A stretch of 32,000 nucleotides of DNA. It comes from Verrucomicrobiota bacterium (GTDB lineage Bacteria; Verrucomicrobiota; Verrucomicrobiia; Chthoniobacterales; UBA6821). The DNA lies in NCBI GenBank assembly GCA_008932965.1, contig WBXG01000012.1:1-32000 (forward strand), given 5' to 3'. This document shows, piece after piece, positions 24,586-32,000 of the stretch (positions are counted from its first letter, which is position 1; every line of letters begins with the position of its first letter). The notes under the pieces are model-generated. The model saw only the letters and a list, made by a program, of their open reading frames with translations, was not told where the DNA came from and did not search any database. The translations under genes were made by a program, and so were the position numbers.

Positions 24586-27056
24586 GGCATCCAATGGGAG
24601 GCTAACTGAGGACGGCCTTCGGCATTGAGTTCTGCTTTCTCAAGATTAACAAGAATTTCTTGAGCTCGTTCGATGACCCAATGTGGTAAACCTGCAAGGC
24701 GAGCAACCGCAATACCATAACTTCGGTCAGCAGCCCCAGGAACAATCTTATGTAAAAAAACAATCTCTTCATTTCTTTCACGCACAGCAACATTGAGATT
24801 TTTAATTCCTGGGCGCGTTCGAGCAAGATCGGGAAGCTCGTGATAATGAGTGGCAAACATCGTACGAGCCTTGAGAAAATCATAGAGATACTCCGCAACA
24901 CTCCAGGCCAGAGAGAGACCATCAAAGGTTGCTGTGCCACGTCCAATCTCATCGAGCAAGACAAGGCTTTTCCTTGTTGCATGGTGAAGAATTTTAGATG
25001 TTTCATTCATCTCCACCATAAAAGTCGATTGACCACGTGCAAGATCATCGCTAGCCCCCACACGAGTAAACAGTCGATCCACAATACCTAGATGCATTTT
25101 TTTAGCAGGCACATAGCTTCCCATTTGTGCCATGATGGTGAGAAGCGCGCACTGTTTTAAATAGGTCGATTTACCAGCCATATTTGGTCCCGTAATAATG
25201 GCCATACGATCTTCCTCTCCATCAAGAAGTGCATCGTTAGGAACAAACGTTTTTTCTCGCAGCTGCTGATCTATCACAGGATGACGCCCCTCAATAATCG
25301 AAAAAATGGTAGAAGTATCGATCTGAGGGCGCGTATATCCATAAAGTCGGGCGGTCTCTGCGAGAGAAGAAAATACATCGAGTGCCCCCGCAGCTGATGC
25401 TGTCTCTTGAATCTTAGAGACGGCATCAAGCAGAGCAGCCCTGAGCTCCTGAAAAAGAGCCAATTCCAAAGCCTTCGATCGTTCTTGAGCGCCAAGAATT
25501 TTCCCTTCCATCTCTTTGAGTTCCGGGGTGACAAAGCGCTCTCCATTAGCCGTTGTCTGTTTACGAATATAATCTGTAGGGACATGGGCTAAATTGGAAC
25601 TCGTAACCTCAATAAAATAACCAAAAATGGCATTAAAACGAACTTTCAGAGACTTAATCCCAGTACGTTGAATCTCCTGCTCTTGAAGCGATGCAATCCA
25701 CTTTTTTCCATCACTTGCACCTAAGCGAAGCTCGTCTAAGTCCCGATCAAATCCCTCACGAATCATCCCTCCTTCTTTAATAGTAGCTGGAGGCTCCTCA
25801 ACAAGAGCAGAAACTAGTTTGTCATGAAGGGGAGCTAACGTATGAAGTTGATCAATGAGCTTTTGTAGTAGAGGTGCCTCCGATGTGACAGCAGCTACGA
25901 GTGAGGCTCCTATTTTTTTCAAATGTGGAATGCGCCCTAATGAAGAACTTAATGAAACTAAATCACGTGCGTTGGCACTATTTTGACTCAAGCGAGAAAG
26001 AGAACGCTCCATATCACGAATCCCAGAGAGTTCTTCCCGAAGATCCCCAAGCAACAATGGGTGATCTAACAAGAGAGCCAACACATCAAGTCGAGCAGTA
26101 ATAGCAGCAGGCTCAGAGAGAGGACGCACCATCCACTCACGTAGCATTCGACTCCCCATCGGTGTCTTTGTCCGATCCAAGGCCCCTAGAAGGGTCATCC
26201 CGCGACCTGCGCGTGAATTCACGAGCTCTAAGTGAGACTGTGTTGTTGCATCAATGAGAAGATGATTGTGATGATGATACGGACGTAACGTCCGTAGATG
26301 GGAGACATCACGACGTAGTTTTCGAGTAAGGTAGTGAAGCAGTCCCCCTGCCGCTATTATACCCATGGGGACTTCATCAGCTCCGAAGCCATCAAGGGAC
26401 TGAACTTTAAAATGGGAAGAGAGAAGCTCGTGTGCACTCGTAGGATCAAAAAGATAATCCTCCAATAATTCGAGCGAGGAGAGATCTTTTTTTATGAGAG
26501 GAAGAGCCTCCTCTATTTTTCTCGGAGCCACTACTTCTGCAGGAGAGACCCGAACTATCTCGTCTAAGAGTGCTTCATAATTCGAGAGTTCCGTAACAAA
26601 AAACTCTCCAGTACTCAAATCGATAAAGGCCAGCCCAAAAGAGAATATGGCTTCCTCATTCTTTTTTTTGGAATGAACATGAATAGCTGCCGTAAAATTA
26701 TTCGTAGAGGACTCTAATCCTACATCCTCCAAGGTTCCTGGACTTAAGATTCGAGTGATTTGACGTTGTACGAGCTTTCCTGTTTGAACCTCTCCTACCT
26801 GCTCACAAAGTGCTACCCGCTTCCCTGCAGCGAGTAATTTTTCTAAATAAACCCGTGCTGAATGATAGGGAACACCGCACATCGGAGTCTCCCCTCGCTT
26901 GGTGAGAGCCACATTAAGAATGGGAGCAGCCTGTACTGCATCTTCTAGGAAAAGTTCATAAAAATCTCCAAGACGAAAAAGTAAAAATGTATCTGGAGGA
27001 AGATCACGTCGCAGTAAATGATACTGCTTCATCATTGGGGTTACAGTCTCAGACAT
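24528..27056 (-). CDS. mutS: DNA mismatch repair protein MutS
   Basis: 842 aa. N-terminal mismatch-binding region (TPMMKQY...GDFYELF), Walker A GPNMAGKSTYL, DEIGRGT, and an HTH-like C-terminus. Confidence 0.95.
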   Translation of the reverse strand: MSETVTPMMKQYHLLRRDLPPDTFLLFRLGDFYELFLEDAVQAAPILNVALTKRGETPMCGVPYHSARVYLEKLLAAGKRVALCEQVGEVQTGKLVQRQITRILSPGTLEDVGLESSTNNFTAAIHVHSKKKNEEAIFSFGLAFIDLSTGEFFVTELSNYEALLDEIVRVSPAEVVAPRKIEEALPLIKKDLSSLELLEDYLFDPTSAHELLSSHFKVQSLDGFGADEVPMGIIAAGGLLHYLTRKLRRDVSHLRTLRPYHHHNHLLIDATTQSHLELVNSRAGRGMTLLGALDRTKTPMGSRMLREWMVRPLSEPAAITARLDVLALLLDHPLLLGDLREELSGIRDMERSLSRLSQNSANARDLVSLSSSLGRIPHLKKIGASLVAAVTSEAPLLQKLIDQLHTLAPLHDKLVSALVEEPPATIKEGGMIREGFDRDLDELRLGASDGKKWIASLQEQEIQRTGIKSLKVRFNAIFGYFIEVTSSNLAHVPTDYIRKQTTANGERFVTPELKEMEGKILGAQERSKALELALFQELRAALLDAVSKIQETASAAGALDVFSSLAETARLYGYTRPQIDTSTIFSIIEGRHPVIDQQLREKTFVPNDALLDGEEDRMAIITGPNMAGKSTYLKQCALLTIMAQMGSYVPAKKMHLGIVDRLFTRVGASDDLARGQSTFMVEMNETSKILHHATRKSLVLLDEIGRGTATFDGLSLAWSVAEYLYDFLKARTMFATHYHELPDLARTRPGIKNLNVAVRERNEEIVFLHKIVPGAADRSYGIAVARLAGLPHWVIERAQEILVNLEKAELNAEGRPQLASHWMPQRRASRKQVVEEGPTLFD

Positions 27057-27259
27057 AGGAATAAACTGAAGGTTAAGAAAACTTACAAAATTGAATAGAA
27101 TCGAAGAGATAAAACAATGGGAAGATAAAGCATCCTAAAAATTCTAAAAAGAAATCACAGTTGACCGGCCCATTGCCATTTTTAGGTTGAACCCAGATCG
27201 ATCCTACTCATCGTAAAGAGAAGGCTGCGTAGAAAAAAAGACTTTGTTTGAGCGAATTT

Positions 27260-28057
27260 TTATTTTTCTAAGAAGGCTGTCAACGGACTCGTTGGCAACG
27301 CATGGTCTGCTCTTGAGGGAAGTCCTGCTGCAACAGCTTCAAGGGCACTTTCCACTGCTAGGCAAAAAGCTCTTGCCATACGGATCGGATCTGCTGCTGC
27401 TGCAATAGCTGTGTTAACCAAAACAGCATCGACTCCAAGTTCGAAAGCCTCAGCAACATGGCTCGGAGCCCCTAAACCAGCATCGACAATAACTGGAACG
27501 ATGGCCTGTGCCACAATGATTTCAATCATAGCACGAGTTTCCAGGCCTCGATTGGATCCAATAGGTGAACCAAGCGGCATAACGGCAGCAACTCCTACAT
27601 CTTGTAATCGTTTGGCTAGAACAGGATCAGCATTGATATAGGGAAGAACAGTGAACCCCTCTTTCACCAAAATCTCGGTAGCACGCAAGGTCTCAATAGG
27701 ATCGGGAAGTAAGTAGCGTGGATCGGGATGAATTTCCAACTTAACCCACGAAGGCAATCCAGCTGCAAGAGCTAATCGAGCGAGACGGATCGCTTCCTCT
27801 GCAGTGTTGGCACCACTTGTATTAGGGAGAATTAAATATTTTTCTTTATCTAAAAATTCGAGAATATTGGCAAACGGATCTTTTTTTCCGCTCAGATCAG
27901 CACGACGTAATGCCACAGTCACTATTTGAGCACCGCTGGCATCCAAAGCATCACGCATCACGTGAGAAGATGAAAATTTTCCCGTTCCTAAAAGAAGCCT
28001 TGAAGAAAAAGAACGACCAGCAATGATCACAGGAGCTCGAGGTTGTAGTAAGGACAT
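27260..28057 (-). CDS. thiG: Thiazole synthase
   Basis: Typical ThiG sequence ([34 protein letters not shown]). 265 aa. Confidence 0.9.
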   Translation of the reverse strand: MSLLQPRAPVIIAGRSFSSRLLLGTGKFSSSHVMRDALDASGAQIVTVALRRADLSGKKDPFANILEFLDKEKYLILPNTSGANTAEEAIRLARLALAAGLPSWVKLEIHPDPRYLLPDPIETLRATEILVKEGFTVLPYINADPVLAKRLQDVGVAAVMPLGSPIGSNRGLETRAMIEIIVAQAIVPVIVDAGLGAPSHVAEAFELGVDAVLVNTAIAAAADPIRMARAFCLAVESALEAVAAGLPSRADHALPTSPLTAFLEK

Positions 28058-28203
28058 GGTGATTTATGCTAACTTAGAACAAAAATAGATTCCATTAAGA
28101 AAAAATATTATCTCCATTCGATTCCTCATAAAGATACTATCTTTTAAAAAAATGGCCTATTCGTACTCACTCAATCTCTATTCATAGTATTTAAGATATT
28201 ACG

Positions 28204-29022
28204 ATGGATCTTTTTATTCCCACCAGTATCTCCTTTACTCAGGCCTGTTCAGAGCTCACCCATCTTGGAATTGGGGCCCATCAAGATGACCTCGAAATCA
28301 TGGCCCTGCATGGAATTTTGGAGTGTTATAAAAATCCCATACAACATTTTGGAGGAATTATCTGCACCCATGGCAGTGGTAGCCCGCGTTCAGGAACTTA
28401 TGCTTCCTACAGTGATCAAGAGATGGCCCATACCCGCAAAAAAGAACAACATCATGCTGCACGCTTAGGTGGTTATCACTTTGTAACCCAACTTGATTTT
28501 TCTTCCTCACTCCTACAAGACCCCTGTAGCCACGATCTCGTTGATGCCCTTTACGAAATACTCAAGCAACTCCACCCTCAGGTGATTTATACCCACCATC
28601 CTCTTGATAAACACCCTACCCATCGTGCTGTCTGCCGCGGGGTGATTGAGGCTCTCAGACGTTTACCAGCAACACAGCATCCAAAAAAGTTATTAGGAGG
28701 TGAGGTCTGGCGCAGTCTTGATTGGCTCAATGATGACGATAAAATCTCACTTGATGTCAGTGCTCATCCTCAGCTTACAGAAAAATTGATTTCTCTTTTT
28801 GATTCTCAGATTGCTGGAGGGAAACATTATGACCTCGGTACGCTTGGGAGATATAGAGCTAATGCCACCTTTACTGATCCTCATCGGGTCGATCTTGCAA
28901 CTCATATTGCCTATGCTCTTGATCTGAGACCCCTTTTAGAAAACCCACAACTCTCCCTCCAGGAATTTGCACTCGGTTTTGTCCGTCATTTCCATGAGCA
29001 AATTAAAAAAGAACTCTGCTAA
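28204..29022 (+). CDS. PIG-L / LmbE-family N-acetylglucosaminyl deacetylase-like protein
   Basis: GAHQDDLE variant of the AHPDDE motif near the N-terminus, and a downstream HPLDKHPTH His cluster. Confidence 0.7.
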   Translation: MDLFIPTSISFTQACSELTHLGIGAHQDDLEIMALHGILECYKNPIQHFGGIICTHGSGSPRSGTYASYSDQEMAHTRKKEQHHAARLGGYHFVTQLDFSSSLLQDPCSHDLVDALYEILKQLHPQVIYTHHPLDKHPTHRAVCRGVIEALRRLPATQHPKKLLGGEVWRSLDWLNDDDKISLDVSAHPQLTEKLISLFDSQIAGGKHYDLGTLGRYRANATFTDPHRVDLATHIAYALDLRPLLENPQLSLQEFALGFVRHFHEQIKKELC

Positions 29023-29039
29023 TCCGGATATTTCATGAA
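29022..29039 (+). mobile_element. Solo left-arm remnant of the MITE-like element
   Basis: ATCCGGATATTTCATGAA preceded by TA matches TA-ACCCGGATATTTCAT(ACT)GAA with one substitution and a 3-nt gap. No other element sequence follows. Confidence 0.5.
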
Positions 29040-30243
29040 TCTCCCCTTCCTCTTACTCCTTACTGCTAGCACTCTTTTATCTGGAATTTTTCTTGGATGG
29101 TGGCTTCGTACGCGACGAGCAACCCAAGAACTTTTCGAGGCTATTGCTCCTTGGAAAAAACAAGTCGACGATCTTCTAGCATCTGCAGATCGCAAGCAAC
29201 AGGAGCAGCTCCAACTTACGGAGATTATGACAGCTCAGTTTCGTAACCTTGCTACAGAAATCTTAGAAAAGAAAACAGAGCAGCTCACTCAAGAAAGCCA
29301 AGAGCAATTAACTCATGTTCTCTCACCTCTCAAAGAGAATCTCGAAATCTTTCGAAAACGTGTGGAGGAAATCCATGGAGCAAGTCTTCACCATCACGGA
29401 AGCCTTCAACAGCAATTACAACAACTTGCGGCTCTCAATCACCAACTCTCAACGGATGCTCAAAATTTAGCTTCGGCCCTGCAGGGAAAATCTCAACGAC
29501 GTGGAGCTTGGGGAGAGCTCATTTTAGAACGTACCCTCGAGCTCTCAGGCTTAGAACGAGGGCGAGAATTTGAGCTGCAAGTCTCGACTTCCGAGCGTCT
29601 TCGTCCCGATGCAATTATTTATCTTCCAGAAGATCGAATTATTATCGTCGATTCCAAAGTCTCTCTTGTTGACTATGAACGCGCCTGTAATACGACCACG
29701 GAGAGCGATCGACAGCAAGCACTCGCACGTCACGCTGCAGCAGTTCGCACCCATATCAAATCTCTTTCTGAAAAAGGATACCCTACTCTTTTCGAGGGCA
29801 AAACACTTGAGATGACCTTGATGTTTCTTCCTATTGAACCTGCCTTTGGTGCTGCACTTACTGCCGATTCTCAGCTTTTTGAATTTGCCTTTGCTCATCG
29901 CATTATCCTAGTCACCCCGAGCACTCTCCTTGCAGCACTGCGAACAATCCATCATTTTTGGAAATTTGAAAAACAAACCCGAAACGTTTTAGAAATTGCG
30001 CGTTTAGGAGGTGTACTACATGATCGTTTTGTCGATTTTTTAAGTCATCTTCTCAACATACGAACTCAACTAGCTAAAACACTCAACGCTCAGGATGAAG
30101 CTATTGCACGTCTCTCATCGCAAAAAGGAAACCTCATCACTACCGCACAGCGCCTCCAAACCCTAGGAGCCAAAACAGAGAAAAAAATGCCTCAAGAAAT
30201 CATCGATCAGGTAGCATTAGAAAAAGCCATCAAGGAGGAATAA
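29035..30243 (+). CDS. rmuC: DNA recombination protein RmuC
   Basis: N-terminal TM helix, a long coiled-coil, and a C-terminal nuclease-like region with RPDAIIYLPEDRIIIVDSKVSL. Confidence 0.85.
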   Translation: MNLPFLLLLTASTLLSGIFLGWWLRTRRATQELFEAIAPWKKQVDDLLASADRKQQEQLQLTEIMTAQFRNLATEILEKKTEQLTQESQEQLTHVLSPLKENLEIFRKRVEEIHGASLHHHGSLQQQLQQLAALNHQLSTDAQNLASALQGKSQRRGAWGELILERTLELSGLERGREFELQVSTSERLRPDAIIYLPEDRIIIVDSKVSLVDYERACNTTTESDRQQALARHAAAVRTHIKSLSEKGYPTLFEGKTLEMTLMFLPIEPAFGAALTADSQLFEFAFAHRIILVTPSTLLAALRTIHHFWKFEKQTRNVLEIARLGGVLHDRFVDFLSHLLNIRTQLAKTLNAQDEAIARLSSQKGNLITTAQRLQTLGAKTEKKMPQEIIDQVALEKAIKEE

Positions 30244-30256
30244 AAATCATTTCCTA

Positions 30257-31042
30257 ATGAACAAGTATCTTTTTGTACTCATCGCTCTCTTTTTTTCAAG
30301 CCTCCTAGCATGTCAAAAAAAATCGAGCTCACAGCCCTTACGTGTTGGCATGGACCTCTCTTTCCCTCCCTTTGAGATGATCGATGCTCAAGGAAATCCT
30401 GATGGTATCAGCGTTCAATTATCACAAGCACTAGGAGACGATCTCCATCGAAAAGTAGAGATAGAAAATATTCCTTTCGTGGGACTCATTCCTTCTCTTC
30501 AAACAAAAAAAATTGACCTGATTATTTCATCCATGACCGATACTCCAGAGCGTCGTCAAAGCATTGCTTTTTCTGATCCTTACTTAACACTCAGTATTGG
30601 AATTTTAACACATCAACAAAGCCCCATTCATCGTAGTAGTGACCTAAACCATCCAGGAATAAAAATTGCTGTGCGACAAGGAACCATTGGAGAGCAATGG
30701 GCAGAAAAAAACCTCACACAAGCAACCGTCATCATGTTTGATCAAGAGGCAACTGCTGTACTAGAAGTACTGGAGAATCGCGTTGATGGTTTCATTTATG
30801 ATGTGGTTAGTATTTGGAAATTTTATAAAGCACATCCTGATCAAACAGTAGCACTCTTAAATCCACTCGAAGTGAGCTCATCTGCTATTGGAGTACGCCT
30901 TGAGGACCAAGAGCTACTTCAAAAGGTCAACCACTTTTTAAAAACTTTTCGAGAGCAGCAGGGATTTGAAAAGCTCGGAAATCAATACCTCCGTGAACAA
31001 AAAGAATATTTCGCCGAGCAAGGGATTCCGTTTTATCTATGA
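30257..31042 (+). CDS. Family-3 (polar amino acid) ABC substrate-binding lipoprotein
   Basis: Lipobox LLAC. SBP_bac_3-like motifs DLSFPPFEM and IDLIISSMTDTPERR. No cognate permease or ATPase is adjacent. Confidence 0.8.
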   Translation: MNKYLFVLIALFFSSLLACQKKSSSQPLRVGMDLSFPPFEMIDAQGNPDGISVQLSQALGDDLHRKVEIENIPFVGLIPSLQTKKIDLIISSMTDTPERRQSIAFSDPYLTLSIGILTHQQSPIHRSSDLNHPGIKIAVRQGTIGEQWAEKNLTQATVIMFDQEATAVLEVLENRVDGFIYDVVSIWKFYKAHPDQTVALLNPLEVSSSAIGVRLEDQELLQKVNHFLKTFREQQGFEKLGNQYLREQKEYFAEQGIPFYL

Positions 31043-31049
31043 GGAGTTA

Positions 31050-31229
31050 GCCCGGATATTTCATACTGAAGTGTCATGAGGCGCCGTGCAAAGCTTATTA
31101 GTACAAGGCGGGCGAAGGATTGGGATGCCGGGCTGTATGTTTCATACTGCCCAAATCACAATTCGAGACTAACGCAGTAATGATGAGCTTTCCACAAGCC
31201 GTAATAGATTTAGTGTGAAATATGCGGGC
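31050..31229 (+). mobile_element. MITE-like element, subfamily B, right half degenerate (180 nt)
   Basis: The left ~75 nt are nearly identical to 4489-4565. The right arm TTTAGTGTGAAATATGCGGGC is decayed. Flanked by TA at 31048-31049 and 31230-31231. Confidence 0.8.
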
Positions 31230-32000
31230 TAGTCCGGATGTTTCGGAGTAACACTATTTTTCTTACGTTCTGCGAAACGCTCTAAAACCACAAAGAAAGA
31301 GGGAACCAAAACGACTGCCAAACAGGTTGAAGCTAGCATTCCTGAAGCAACAGCAATACCGAGTGATTTCCGAGCATTGGCACCTGCACCGGAGGCAAAG
31401 ACAAGGGGCATCACTCCAACAATAAAGGTGATGGAGGTCATTAAAATCGGACGAAAGCGATTAATAGCAGCCATCGATGCAGCCTCGATGATTGCGTGGC
31501 CTGCAGCACGATACTCACGAGCCATTTCTACTACAAGAATGGCATTTTTCGCAGAGAGTGCAATAAGAAGGACAAGACCAATTTGGACGTAAATATTATT
31601 GGCTAATCCTATTCCTCCTAATGCTACGACTGTTCCAAGTAAGGCGAGAGGAACGGCTAAAATAACAGCAACAGGGGTAATCCAACTTTCATACTGACCT
31701 GCAAGAACCAAATAAACCAAAAGAAGAGCAAGCCCAAAAACAAGATAGGTGGAGGCTCCTGCAAGTTTTTCTTGATAGGACATCGCAGTCCAGGAGGTTT
31801 TAGCACCAGAAATCAATTCTTCATCAGCAATCTTTTGTAACTCTTCTAATGCTTGTCCTGAACTCGTTCCATGAGAGGGAACTCCAATAATAGATGCAGA
31901 GGGGTAAATATCGTAGAGCGTTATTGTCGAAGGTCCAAAGGAGTGATCAATTTTTACTAGTGAGCCAAGAGGCACCATGGAATTTGTCTGGCCACTTGTC
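31229..32000 (-). CDS. RND (AcrB/HAE1-type) efflux transporter, C-terminal part; continues beyond the right edge
   Basis: AcrB-like TM7-12 region (AGQYESWITP..., SAKNAILVVEMA, RFRPILMTS). The frame stays open upstream of the tracked Met to nt 32000. Confidence 0.88.
   Translation of the reverse strand, partial: TSGQTNSMVPLGSLVKIDHSFGPSTITLYDIYPSASIIGVPSHGTSSGQALEELQKIADEELISGAKTSWTAMSYQEKLAGASTYLVFGLALLLVYLVLAGQYESWITPVAVILAVPLALLGTVVALGGIGLANNIYVQIGLVLLIALSAKNAILVVEMAREYRAAGHAIIEAASMAAINRFRPILMTSITFIVGVMPLVFASGAGANARKSLGIAVASGMLASTCLAVVLVPSFFVVLERFAERKKNSVTPKHPD

Noticed and set aside
28058-28203. Possible TPP riboswitch in the thiG leader.
   Set aside because: By eye the leader is very AT-rich and lacks the conserved THI-box elements. 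This is not callable without a covariance-model search.
1829-31229. Integron attC sites / gene cassettes: palindromic repeats at gene 3' ends, all in one orientation, with borders resembling ..TTAAC / GTTAAC.
   Set aside because: The flanking genes are housekeeping (rplS, rnhB, comEC, RND pump) on both strands and are not promoterless cassettes. The arms are long near-perfect 20-24-bp TIRs, not attC-like imperfect stems with extrahelical bases. The borders fit RYYYAAC/GTTRRRY only partly. No intI is present.

Overview
Chromosomal segment of a diderm, LPS-making bacterium. It looks moderately AT-rich by eye, has almost no Shine-Dalgarno sequences upstream of start codons, and carries a fused lpxC-fabZ gene. 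That combination is usual in Bacteroidota or PVC-group genomes, but the taxon cannot be fixed from this window. About 27 protein genes are present, mostly housekeeping: rplS, rnhB, yraN, recD2, mlaEFD, an lptE-like lipoprotein, a BamD-like TPR protein, a Zn-ADH, a Cu-ATPase, comEC, lpxA, lpxC-fabZ, an RluA-family synthase, mutS, thiG, a PIG-L deacetylase, rmuC, an amino-acid binding protein and the end of an RND pump. There are also two tRNAs (Val-UAC, Cys-GCA), a decayed acyltransferase-3 pseudogene, and three lineage-specific orphans at the left: an S8 subtilase with internal tandem repeats, a Ser/Asp-rich 198-aa ORF and a 788-aa coiled-coil protein. The most unusual content is non-coding. 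It is a family of ~178-nt elements with 20-24-bp terminal inverted repeats flanked by TA/TTAA: 5 full-length copies in two subfamilies plus at least 4 truncated remnants, ~1 kb in total. All copies lie in the same orientation and most full-length copies abut gene ends; some supply stop or start codons. They show compensatory substitutions in their stems and mosaic left/right halves. No transposase, CRISPR array, rRNA, prophage or recognisable defence gene was seen.
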